Source of the DNA: Anaeramoeba ignava BMAN
Taxonomy: Eukaryota; Protista; Anaeramoebae
Length of the DNA stretch: 64,000 nt
Direction: 5' to 3'
Assembly (NCBI GenBank): GCA_028826165.1
Contig: JAPDFW010000070.1
Span: 806,001-870,000 of the forward strand
Shown: positions 13,601-24,488 of the stretch, one piece after another
Position numbering within the stretch: the first letter of the stretch is position 1
Layout of the letters: every line of letters begins with the position of its first letter
The notes under the pieces: generated by a model
What the model was told of the DNA's origin: nothing
Database searches by the model: none
What the model saw: only the letters and a program-made list of their open reading frames with translations
Program-made: the position numbers and the translations under genes

Positions 13601-14675
13601 TTTAAAATAATTTTTAAAATAAATTTTGAAATAATTTTGAAATAAATTTTAAAATAAATTTTGAAATAATTTTAAATATAAATTTTAAAATAATTTTAAT
13701 ATAATTTTTGAAATAATTTTTAATATAAATTTAATATAATTTTGAAATAAATTTTGAAATAAATTTTGAAATAATTTTTGAAATAATTTTAAAAAAATTT
13801 TGAAATAAATTTTGAAATAAATTTTAAAATAAATTTTGAAATAAATTTTGAAATAAATTTTAAAAATAAATTTTGAAATAATTTTAAATATAATTTTTAA
13901 TATAATTTTGAAATAATTTTTGATATAATTTTGAAATAATTTTAAAATAAATTTTTAATATAATTTTTGAAATAATTTTGAAATAATTTTTAAAATAAAT
14001 TTTGAAATAATTTTAAAATAAATTTTAAATATAAATTTTGAAATAAATTTTGAAATAAATTTTGAAATAATTTTTAATATAAATTTTAATATAATTTTTT
14101 AATATAATTTTTGAAATAATTTTAAATATAAATTTTGAAATAAATTTTGAAATAAATTTTGAAATAAATTTTAATATAATTTTTAATATAATTTTTAATA
14201 TAATTTTTGAAATAATTTTGATGTAAATTTCATCTGAATTTACATTTAAATCTAAACGGTTAAACCTAAAATTAAAAATTAAATTAAAAATTAAAATTAA
14301 AAATTAAAATTAAAAATTAAAAATTTAAAATTAAAAATTAAAAATTTAAAATGTAAAAATTAAAAAAATTTGATTTAATTACCCCATTTCAATATAAATT
14401 ACTCCAAAATTTTTTGAAACTAAAGAAACTTCTTTAGATTCTAACATATTTAATAAACTATCAATTGGAAGTTTGCATTGATCTCTTGTTCTTATTCTTT
14501 GGTTAATATAACTTGTTAATTCTAAAATTTTTTTTCGAACTTCTTCATTTTCTGTTGAAAGTTCAACTAAAATAGGTACTAAAAATGTTTCAAGAAATTG
14601 TTCTAAATCTCTTTCATTTGTTGTTGCAAATTGAAAAAGAATTTTATCAAGAAGTGCAATTTTATTTTCACTCAT
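7695..14675 (-). CDS. ECM29: Proteasome adapter and scaffold ECM29 (HEAT repeats); exons 14675-14383, micro-exon 14265-14244, 13319-7695
   Basis: N-terminal LETFLVPILVELS...KKILEL and NFGVIYIEMGFNRL. Central TYRELYSIAKEMGQPHLVYQLI, WNSKKASALG, LPKLYGYQFDPN, WRRREASCFAL and DDIKETVR; late GRIWAGKE. Splice junctions are in frame. Confidence 0.92.
13320..14243 (-). repeat. ECM29 intron 2 filled with ~12-bp minisatellite (TTTTGAAATAAT variants on + strand)
   Basis: GT at 14243 and AG at 13321-13320 on the minus strand; the interior is tandem 11-12-mers. Confidence 0.88.
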
Positions 14676-14775
14676 TTAAAAAAAAATGAAAAAATGAAAA
14701 ATAAAAAATGAAAAAAAAATATTTTTTAAAGTGAGAATTCAAAAAATAAAAATTCATTTTTTTTCTTTTCAAAAA

Positions 14776-16611
14776 ATGAATGAAATTTTATTTTTTTCTT
14801 TTTCAAAAATGAATGAAATTTTATTTTTTGGTCAAAATTTCAGTCCAGTTATTATCGAAAATAAACCAGATACAATAACAAAACCAATTCAATTTAAATT
14901 TGAAAATGAAAATGAAAATGAAAATGAAAATGAAATTAAACAAATTTCATCAACTTATTATTCACTAATTACACTTTTTAAAAATGGAAAAGCAATAGAA
15001 TATTTATTTGCAGATTTTGCATTCCAAAATAATCAAAATCCTTCAAAAATCCAAATTGAAGAAAATATTCAAAAAATATCTGTTGGTTATGAAAATGAAG
15101 CTATTTTAACAAAAGAAGGAAATGTATTTGTCAAAGGAGGAGATATTAATCCAAATAATCCAAAAGAATTTATCAATATTTCATCATTAATTGAAGATAA
15201 AAATGATAGAATAATTCAAGATATTGTTTCTGGAAGAAATTCAATTTATTTATTAACTTCAAATCAAAATGTTTATGGAATTGGTTTAAATCAATTTGGT
15301 GAACTTGGTTTAGATTCTGAAACACTTAATGAAACAGAAAAACCAATTTTAATGATGAAAAATGTTTCTAAAATATTTTCAGGAAATTCTTCATTTTCTG
15401 TTTTTGTTTTAAATTCAAATCAAGAATTATTTGGATGTGGATATAATCATTATGGTCAAGTTGGATTAGGAGAATCAAGAAAAGAAGAAGCAAAAATCCA
15501 AAAATTAACCCAAATTCAAAATATTCCAAAAGGTAAAATAATTGATATTAAATGTGGATTTTATCATTCAATAATGTTGATTGAAGATAAAAATGAAAAT
15601 CCAAAAAGAAAACTTTATTCATGTGGATATTGTCAATATAATGGACTTGGCAAGGAATATGGAAAACATACTTATGAATTTACTGAAATAAAATCATCTT
15701 TATTTGAAAATGATAATAATATTCTTGATTTTTCTGTTGGGCAATACCATACTTTGATTTTAAGTTCTAATAAGAAATTAATTGGATTTGGGAGTAATAC
15801 GTTTGGTCAATTTGGAAATGAAGATGAGCAGATAATTGAAGAAATTCCAATTCAAATTGAACTTCCTAAATTAAGATTTAATGAAGAGTTTTTTAATTAT
15901 CATATACATTGTGGATATGATAATTCATTTCTTTATTATTCTTCTTTTTGTTCTTTTTCCAATCTTGAAGAAGATTTGATAAAATTATTTAGAAGAAAAG
16001 AATTTTGTAATATTTCATTTAAAACAGAAAATGGAGAAATAATCAAAGCTCATAAATTAATATTGAAATATAGATTAAATCAAAATCAAAATCAAAATGA
16101 AAAACTTCAAGAAATTATTTCAAAAAAATCAATTAAAGAATCAAATCAAATATTTGAAATGATTTATTCAAATAATTCTAAAATAAATCCAATATTATAT
16201 TCTGAAATTAAAGAAATTATAAATTTAAATGAAAAAATTGAAGAAACAATGAAAAGAATTTATTTAAATGAAAATGAAAATGAAAAAGATTTTATAATTG
16301 AAAGAAAAGAAAAACAATATAAATTTCCAAAATTAATATTAATAATGAGAAGTGAATTATATCGAGGAATGTTTTTATCTGTAACAGAAGATAAATCCAA
16401 TAAAGTTACAGATTATAGTGAATTAAGTAATAAATCATTTCAATTATTTGAATATTGGATTTATTCAAATCAAATTAAAAATGAAATTGAAGTTACAAAA
16501 GAAATAATTAATGAAATTCAAACAGGAATTGATTATTTTCAATTAAATGAAACAAATCCAAATTTATTTGATTTATTAATTAACAAATTTAATAATCAAA
16601 ATCAAAATTAA
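14776..16611 (+). CDS. RCC1-repeat plus tandem BTB/POZ-like protein (start ATG 14776 or 14809)
   Basis: RCC1 repeats (VYGIGLNQFGELG, FGCGYNHYGQVG, IKCGFYHS, SVGQYHTL, GFGSNTFGQFG); BTB-like segments IKAHKLILKYR and LILIMRSELYRGMF...DYFQL. Confidence 0.88.
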   Translation: MNEILFFSFSKMNEILFFGQNFSPVIIENKPDTITKPIQFKFENENENENENEIKQISSTYYSLITLFKNGKAIEYLFADFAFQNNQNPSKIQIEENIQKISVGYENEAILTKEGNVFVKGGDINPNNPKEFINISSLIEDKNDRIIQDIVSGRNSIYLLTSNQNVYGIGLNQFGELGLDSETLNETEKPILMMKNVSKIFSGNSSFSVFVLNSNQELFGCGYNHYGQVGLGESRKEEAKIQKLTQIQNIPKGKIIDIKCGFYHSIMLIEDKNENPKRKLYSCGYCQYNGLGKEYGKHTYEFTEIKSSLFENDNNILDFSVGQYHTLILSSNKKLIGFGSNTFGQFGNEDEQIIEEIPIQIELPKLRFNEEFFNYHIHCGYDNSFLYYSSFCSFSNLEEDLIKLFRRKEFCNISFKTENGEIIKAHKLILKYRLNQNQNQNEKLQEIISKKSIKESNQIFEMIYSNNSKINPILYSEIKEIINLNEKIEETMKRIYLNENENEKDFIIERKEKQYKFPKLILIMRSELYRGMFLSVTEDKSNKVTDYSELSNKSFQLFEYWIYSNQIKNEIEVTKEIINEIQTGIDYFQLNETNPNLFDLLINKFNNQNQN

Positions 16612-16684
16612 AATTAAAATTAAAATTAAAATTAAAATTAAAATTAAAATCAAAATTAAAATTTAAATTAAAATTAAAATTAAA

Positions 16685-17200
16685 ATAAATTCCAAATGGA
16701 AATTAATAAGAAAAGAAAAAAATTTATTTTAATTTTCTTTTAGGATCCTAAATTAAAATTTAAATTAAAATCAAAACCTAAATTAAAATTTAAATTAAAA
16801 TTAAAATTAAAATGGAAATTCCAAATGGAAATTAATAAGAAAAGAAAAAAATTTATTTTAATTTTCTTTTAAGATCCTAAATTAAAATTTAAATTAAAAT
16901 TAAAATTAAAATTGAAATTCCAAATGGAAATTAATAAGAAAAGAAAAAAATTTATTTTAATTTTCTTTTAGGATCCTAAATTTAATTTAAAATTTAAATT
17001 AAAATTTAAATTAAAATTCCAAATGGAAATTAATAAGAAAAGAAAAAAATTTAATTTAATTTTCTTTTAAGATCCTAAATTTAATTTAAAATTAAAATTA
17101 AAATTTAAATTAAAATTCCAAATGGAAATTAAGAAAAGAAAAAAATTTAATTTAATTTTCTTTTAGGATCCTAAATTAAAATTTAAATTAAAATTAAAAT
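16685..17200. repeat. Five copies of a ~100-bp tandem repeat with TTCCAAATGGAA and GGATCC/AGATCC cores
   Basis: Cores at about 16690, 16820, 16918, 17017 and 17116. Confidence 0.85.
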
Positions 17201-17539
17201 TAAAATTTTTAAATAAATTTTGGCCTAGCAAATTTTTTTTTAATTCAGAAATTGTTTTTTTTTTTAGAATATTTGTTTAAATTTGAAATTCTTGTTTCTA
17301 AAATGGTTGTAATTTATTTGACTCGTTAAATTAAAATAAGAAAAAAGTAAGAAAAACTTTGAGATAAAAAGAAAAAAAAAAAAAAACTCAATTCACTTTT
17401 TTTTTTTGTTTAAGCAATTAATTAATTAATTTGTAAATTAAAAAAAATTTTTTTTTTATTTAAAAATCCACAAAAAAAAAACACTGACGAATTTACTTAT
17501 TTTGGATTTGATAAAAAAAATAGTAAAAACAACATCAGA

Positions 17540-20224
17540 ATGAACTTAATTCTTGCAATTTTCTTAATTAGTAATATTTTCTTAATTGGATCTATTCAAA
17601 GTCAACACATTTCAACAGATTCAGAAACATCAAAATACTATTCTTCTGAAGATCAAAGCTATGTTTGGGGTTTAATAAATAACTTCACAGGTCCATCTAG
17701 CTTTGGGGGAACTCTTGCAATGTATAAAGATATTCTTGTTGCTGGATCTTTTAATATCGAGCAAGTAGCTGTTTTCAGATATAATGGTTCAAAATATGTT
17801 TTGGAACAAAATTTATCAGGACCTTCCGGTTCTTCTTTTGGAAGTTCTGTTTCGGTTTATGAAGATACTCTTGTTATTAGTGCTTGGAATGTAAATAAAG
17901 TATTTATTTATCAATATAATGGATCATATTGGAATCTTGGAGAGATCTTTAATGGTAGTTTAGCGGAAGGATATGGATTTAAGGTTTCAGTTTGGAAAAA
18001 TTTTCTTATGGTTTCGGCTATTGGTGTGGGTAAAATATGTTTTTACAGATATGATGAAATAAGTTGGATTAATGAACAAAATTTGACAAATCCTCTCTCA
18101 CAGGTTCTTGGATGGTCTAATTCAATCTATGAAAATGTTACTGTTTTTGGAGATCATAGAAGGTCAATATCAATTTTTCGATATAATGGAACATCTTGGA
18201 ATCTGGAGGAATATATATATAAAGAGTTGATTAATTCTTTTGGAGATTCTGTTTCACTTTATGGTGATGTTCTTGTAGTTGGAGCGCCTGACCCAGGTGA
18301 AGTATTGATATATAGATATAATGGAACATTCTGGAATAATGAACAAAATTTTACTACACAACTTGCATCAGATTTTGGCAAATCTCTTTCACTTTATGAA
18401 GATGCTTTTGCTGTTGGAAATATGATTACAGGAAATGTAACCATGTTCAGATATAATGGATCAATTTGGAATTTTGAACAAAATTTCACTTTGTTTGGCT
18501 CTTATTCATCATTTGGATATTCTGTTGCAACATATGGGAATTTTACTGCTATTACTTCGTGGAATAACAAAACAGTATTTGTATATCAACACATTCAAAT
18601 TCCTCAAGTAAATACTCTTAATTGCTCATCTTTGTTTTCATCATTTGATTGTTATTGGGATAAAATTGAATTTTTCAGAACTTTGAAATATCAAATCAAT
18701 TATGGATTTGATTGGATTGATATTGATTCTCCAATTCTTAAAGATGGGAATGTTTATTATCAACAATTCAATTCTTCAATTTATGATAATATTACAGGAA
18801 ATGAGTATTATTCTATTCAAATCAAAGCTTGTGATTCGGAAACAATGAAATGTGGTGAAGGTTCTTCTCCTTTGATGAATTTAACAACTAGAATTGATGG
18901 AGTGAAAAACTTCCAATTATCAATCCCAACAAATTATTCAATTAATGTTAGTTGGAGTCATCCTAATGTTGAACTTGATTCTGGAATTCCCAATCTTGAT
19001 CATTATAATCTTTCTTATTTCAAACAAATTCAACCTGATTTAATATCATCAGTTTCACTTGATAATTCTTCAACTTCATATCTTTTCAGTAATTTGTATT
19101 GTGGAACTGATTATAACATTTCAATTTATGGATGTAGAACAGAATTATGCCAAGGAGAAGATAAAGGAGAAGTTGTTGTAGTTTCAATTTTCACTCCTTT
19201 TGAGGAAGTTCAAAACTTAGCATGCTCAATTTCATATTCTTTAGATATTATTTGTAATTGGAATCAACCAATTAATTGCTCAACTCCATTTTATTATAAT
19301 TTTACTTATCAATCAATTTCTCAAAGTGATTCAGGAAATTATCAACCAACATCATTAAATCAACAGTTTACAGCTCAAATCGCAAATCAAGATTATCAAA
19401 TCAATGTATCAGCATGTAATTCAAATGGGAATTGTGGAGATATTTCAACATTTTCAATCAAAACTGATAATTTAACTTCAGCTCCAACAATCCATGAAAC
19501 AATTTCCAAAATTGAAGAAATTGAATTGAATTTCACAAAGGTATCAAATGCTAATAATTATTCAATTTCACTTAATAATGGAACAAATTGGCAAAATTTC
19601 ACAACACTTGATTTAAGTGGAGATAATGTAATTGGAACAATAAATGGAATAGGAGGAAATGTGCAATATAATATTTCAGTTAGAGGATGTTCAGATTTAA
19701 ATTGTGAAACTCCATATTTAGGAGATCCAAGTTCAATATCATCAATAAAAGCTAAACTAGGAAGTATTACTTCATTAAGTTGCTATTCATTAATTAATGG
19801 ATTTGTTTGTAATTGGGATTCATTGATCATTTCATCAGGATTGGAGGCATATTCATTTAATTATAATTCAATACCAGTTTGTGTTCATCATCAAACACCT
19901 TATTGTTCAATTTCTTCAGGACTAAATCCAGGAACAAATTATCAAATTTCAGTTTCTCAATCAGCTGATCCAAATTGTTTATTTAATGAATATTCAGGAA
20001 TGAATTCCACAACTTCAATTACCCCATTATCTCCATGTGAACCAACCCAAAAAACTGATAACTCATCATCCAATACAACAGCAATCACTGTTGGAGTAAT
20101 TGTTCCTATTGCTGTTATTGCAATAATTATTATTGGATTTATCGTTTTTAAGAAAAGAAGAAAAAATAAGATAATTAAACAAATTTACAACGAAAAAGAA
20201 CTTCGTGTTGGTTTGGATATTTAA
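17540..20224 (+). CDS. Type I membrane protein: signal peptide, FG-GAP-like beta-propeller, several FN3 domains, TM helix, short basic tail
   Basis: Hydrophobic N-terminus; about 7 repeats like FGxSVSxYxDxLVVGA...VxIYRYNGxxW; FN3 patterns (W...Y.ISVRGC); TM AITVGVIVPIAVIAIIIIGFIVF followed by KKRRK. Intronless. Confidence 0.85.
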   Translation: MNLILAIFLISNIFLIGSIQSQHISTDSETSKYYSSEDQSYVWGLINNFTGPSSFGGTLAMYKDILVAGSFNIEQVAVFRYNGSKYVLEQNLSGPSGSSFGSSVSVYEDTLVISAWNVNKVFIYQYNGSYWNLGEIFNGSLAEGYGFKVSVWKNFLMVSAIGVGKICFYRYDEISWINEQNLTNPLSQVLGWSNSIYENVTVFGDHRRSISIFRYNGTSWNLEEYIYKELINSFGDSVSLYGDVLVVGAPDPGEVLIYRYNGTFWNNEQNFTTQLASDFGKSLSLYEDAFAVGNMITGNVTMFRYNGSIWNFEQNFTLFGSYSSFGYSVATYGNFTAITSWNNKTVFVYQHIQIPQVNTLNCSSLFSSFDCYWDKIEFFRTLKYQINYGFDWIDIDSPILKDGNVYYQQFNSSIYDNITGNEYYSIQIKACDSETMKCGEGSSPLMNLTTRIDGVKNFQLSIPTNYSINVSWSHPNVELDSGIPNLDHYNLSYFKQIQPDLISSVSLDNSSTSYLFSNLYCGTDYNISIYGCRTELCQGEDKGEVVVVSIFTPFEEVQNLACSISYSLDIICNWNQPINCSTPFYYNFTYQSISQSDSGNYQPTSLNQQFTAQIANQDYQINVSACNSNGNCGDISTFSIKTDNLTSAPTIHETISKIEEIELNFTKVSNANNYSISLNNGTNWQNFTTLDLSGDNVIGTINGIGGNVQYNISVRGCSDLNCETPYLGDPSSISSIKAKLGSITSLSCYSLINGFVCNWDSLIISSGLEAYSFNYNSIPVCVHHQTPYCSISSGLNPGTNYQISVSQSADPNCLFNEYSGMNSTTSITPLSPCEPTQKTDNSSSNTTAITVGVIVPIAVIAIIIIGFIVFKKRRKNKIIKQIYNEKELRVGLDI

Positions 20225-20289
20225 TCCAATTCAAAATCAAAATTTCATTTTTCATTTTTTTTCTTTTCAAAAAATTCGGAATTAATAAA

Positions 20290-22019
20290 TAAGAAAAAAG
20301 AAAATAAAATTTTATTTTTTGGTTTAAATCAATATCCAAAACTTATCAAAAAAGAATCAGATACAATAATAAAACCAATTCAATTTAAATTTGAATATGA
20401 AAATGAAAATGAAAATGAAAATGAAAATAAACAAATTTCATCAACTTATTATTCAATAATTACACTTTTTAAAAATGGAAAAGCAATAGAATATTTATTT
20501 GCAGATTTTGCATTCCAAAATAATCAAAATCCTTCAAAAATCCAAATTGAAGAAAATATTCAAAAAGTAACTGTTGGTCATGAAATTGAAGCTATTTTAA
20601 CAATAGAAGGAAATGTATTTGCCAAAGAAAGGAGAAGATATTAATTCAGATAAATTTATCAATATTTCATCATTAATTAAAGATACAAATGATAGAATAA
20701 TTCAAGATATTGTTTCTGGAAGAAATTCAATTTATTTATTAACTTCAAATCAAAATGTTTATGGAATTGGTTCAAATCAATTTGGTCAACTTGTTTTAGA
20801 TTCTGAAACACTTAATGAAACAGAAAAACCAATTTTAATGATGAAAAATGTTTCTAAAATATTTTCAGGAAATACTTCATTTTCTGTTTTTGTTTTAAAT
20901 TCAAATCAAGAATTATTTGGATGTGGATATAATCATTATGGTCAAGTTGGATTAGGAGAATCAATAAAAGAAGAAGCAAAAATCCAAGAAATAACCCAAA
21001 TTCAAAATATTCCAAAAGGTAAAATAATTGATATTAAATGTGGATTTTATCATTCAGTAATGTTGATTGAAGATAAAAATGAAAATCCAAAAAGAAAACT
21101 TTATTCATGTGGATATTGTCAATATAATGGACTTGGCAAGGAATATGGAAAACATACTTATGAATTTACTGAAATAAAATCATCTTTATTTGAAAATGAT
21201 AATAATATTCTTGATTTTTCTGTTGGGCAATACCATACTTTGATTTTAAGTTCTAATAAGAAATTAATTGGATTTGGGAGTAATACGTTTGGTCAATTTG
21301 GAAATGAAGATGAGCAGATAATTGAAGAAATTCCAATTCAAATTGAACTTCCTAAATTAAGATTTAATGAAGAGCTTTTTAATTATCATATTTCTTGTGG
21401 ATATGATAATTCATTTCTTTATTATTCTTCTTTTTGTTCTTTTTCCAATCTTGAAGAAGATTTGATAAAATTATTTAGAAGAAAAGAATTTTGTAATATT
21501 TCATTTAAAACAGAAAATGGAGAAATAATTGAAGCTCATAAATTAATATTGAAATATAGATTAAATCAAAATCAAAATCAAATTGAAAAACTTAAAGAAA
21601 TTATTTCAAAAAAATCAATTAAAGAATCAAATCAAATATTTGAAATGATTTATTCAAATAATTCCAAAATAAATCCAATTTTATATTCTGAAATTAAAGA
21701 AATTATAAATTCCAATGAAAAAATTGAAGAAACAATGAAAAGAATTTATTTAAATGAAAAAGATTTTATAATTGAAAGAAAAGAAAAACAATATAAATTT
21801 CCCAAATTAATATTAATAATGAGAAGTGAATTATATCGAGGAATGTTTTTATCTGTAACAGAAGATAAATCTAATAAAGTTACAGATTATAGTGAATTAA
21901 GTAATAAATCATTTCAATTATTTGAATATTGGATTTATTCAAATCAAATTAAAAATGAAATTGAAGTTACAAAAGAGATAATTAATGAAATTAAAACCAA
22001 AATCAAAATTAAAAATTAA
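20290..22019 (+). pseudogene. Frameshifted and 3'-truncated paralog of the RCC1-BTB gene at 14776-16611
   Basis: Near-identical DNA to copy 1. An extra AAAG at ~20624-20631 gives a TAA at ~20642. No ATG at the equivalent start, and the C-terminal QTGIDYFQL... is replaced by microsatellite. Confidence 0.8.
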
Positions 22020-22157
22020 AACCAAAATTAAAATTAAAATTAAAATTAAAATTAAAATTAAAATCAAAATTAAAATTAAAATTAAAATTAAAATTCTTTT
22101 TTTCTAATTTTATTTTGAAGAAATCAATATCCAAAAAAAGGAAAAAAGATACATATT

Positions 22158-23319
22158 TTAGTTTATAAATTCTTTCAAACGTGAATCTTCATCATCAGAA
22201 TAAACAAAGTCTTTTATTGTATCAAAATCAGAAATTTGATAAAATTCTAAGTTATTAGAAGAACCAAAACAAGATTCAGAAATTTTTTTCCTCATTTCTT
22301 CATTAAAAACAATAAATATTAAAAAATCCCAAAATCCATGAGTTGTAATAAAAATTGATTGTAAAACATCAACAGAAATCCAATCATTAGGATTTTCAAT
22401 TATAAATTCATGTACTCTCTAAAATAAATTTAAAATAAAATTAAAATTAAAATTAAAATTAAAATAAATTTATTTTAATTTATTTGTTATTGTTCTTGTT
22501 TGAAAATAACAAACTTTTATTGTTGAAGGAATAAGTAAAATTATATAAATTAATGGAATCATAGTCATTCTTAATTGAATTCTTAATTGAGTCATTTGAG
22601 TTTCTTTTGGAATTTTTGAATCAGATTTCATAATTTTTTGAAAATTTCTTTTTAATCTTGCCACAGTTAAAATATAAAAAATTAAACAAAGCACAAGGAA
22701 AGTCCAATAGAAAAAGTACATCATCTAAATTTTTGAATTAAATATAATATATTTTGGGAATTAATTAAATATTTATTTGAAAATATTTTGAATATACTCC
22801 TGTTATTCCTTTTTGTTTGCACCAACACCTAAATAATAAAAAAATAAATAATCAATAATAAAAAAATAAATAATCAATAATAATCAATAAATAAATTAGA
22901 ACAAACCAATAAGTATCGGAATGAGTAGGAGATCCAAAAACTGCAATAATAACTATACAGAAAAAAACCAAAATCCACATTAATAAATGAAGAGATTTAT
23001 AAAGTTTTTCTAAATATTTATCATTCCGATCTTTAACAACTTTCAAATATGAAATGATGGAAATTGAACAAGACCAATATTGAGAAGTAAGTCCTGTTAT
23101 TCCAATTAAATACATTTGAATTGAACAAACTAAACTATCTGTTTTTCCAGGTAAAATATAACTTATTGATTGAGAAAGATCATAAATTGAGAGAATTAAT
23201 ATTAATTTCTTATAAAAAAGTTTTCCTTCTCCAAAATAAACAAATAAAATTATTATTAAAATTGATCCTAAAATCCCAAAAATACTCCCAATTATTGCAC
23301 AAATATCAGCTGCATTCAT
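22158..23319 (-). CDS. 7TM GPCR of the cAMP-receptor/GCR1-like family; exons 23319-22907, 22828-22798, 22724-22515, 22418-22158
   Basis: TM1 GSIFGILGSILIII, LILILSIYDL, CSIQ...SQYWSCSISI, YWCWC loop and QSIFITTHGFWDFLIF TM7. All junctions are GT-AG and in frame. Confidence 0.85.
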
Positions 23320-23521
23320 TTTTATAAATAAAAATCAAATCAAAAAATTAAATTGAAAGAAAAAAAAATTAAAAGAAAAAATGATTAAAAAAATTTTTTG
23401 GTTTTTTTCAATCTTTTTGTTTTTAAAAGCAAAAAAAAAAAAATAAAGTAAAAATTGGTAATTCAAATCAAATTCAAACCAAATTCAATTAATTTCTTTC
23501 TTTTTCTTTTTTTTTAAAAAT

Positions 23522-24488
23522 TCAATTCCAAACAAAAATTTCTAAAATTCGAACCAATCTTTGATCAGTTAAAAAAGCATCTAACAAAGAAATATCTGAT
23601 CTAATTGAAGTGAGAATTTGTTTGAATTGTGGATCTTGTAAATATGGGGAAGTAGTTGAATTTTCTGATAATCTTGACCAAAAATTTGGACTTGTAAAAA
23701 ACTGACCAATTGGATCTTGATTTCTTTGATTAATTGGATTTGGATTTGGATTTGGATTTTGGAATGGATTTTGATTTCGAAGTTGATTTAGTTGTTGTCT
23801 ATTTTGATTTATTCGATTTTGTTCTATTTGAAATAAATTTTGAATTGGATTTTGATTTTGATTTTGATTTTGATTTTGATTTTGATTTTGATTTTGATTT
23901 TGATTTTGATTTGGATTTGGAATTGGATTTGGATTTTGATTTTGATTTGGATTTTGATTTAACTGATTAAAAAAATCACCAAAAATTGAATTTCGATTTG
24001 GATTTGGATTTGGATTTGGGTTTGCATTTGGATTTGCATTTACATTTTGATTTTGGTTTCGATTTAAAAATAAATTCCTTAATGCATTCATTGCATTTTG
24101 ATTTGGATTTAAATTTTGATTTGGATTTAAATTTTGATTTTGATTTTGATTTAAATTTTGATTAGGATTTAAATTTTGATTAGGATTGGGATTAGGATTG
24201 GGATTGGAATTTTGAATTTGAATTTGAATTTGTTGACGAAAAGGATTTTGATTTTGATTTTGATTTTGGTTTTGATTTTGGTTTTGGTTTTGGTTTCGAT
24301 TTAAAAATAAACTTCTTAATGCATTCATTGCATTTTGATTTTGAGTTGTAGTTTGAGTTGCAGTTTGATTTCGATTAGGATTATTAACTATATTATTTAT
24401 ACTATCCCTAAGTGCAAATAAATTAATATTTGGATTTTCATTTCTATTTTCATTTCTATTTTCGTTTTGATTTTGATTTTGGTTTTGA
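23522..24488 (-). CDS. N/Q/P-rich linker plus STI1/HOP DP-type domain; probably the true C-terminus of the Ariadne gene (1-nt frame offset at ~24489)
   Basis: [58 protein letters not shown] resembles the HOP DP1/STI1 motif. The ORF has no credible independent start. Confidence 0.6.

Noticed and set aside
16685-17200. Possible CRISPR-like array
   Set aside because: The spacers are just hexamer microsatellite rather than unique sequence, there are no cas genes, and the context is eukaryotic.
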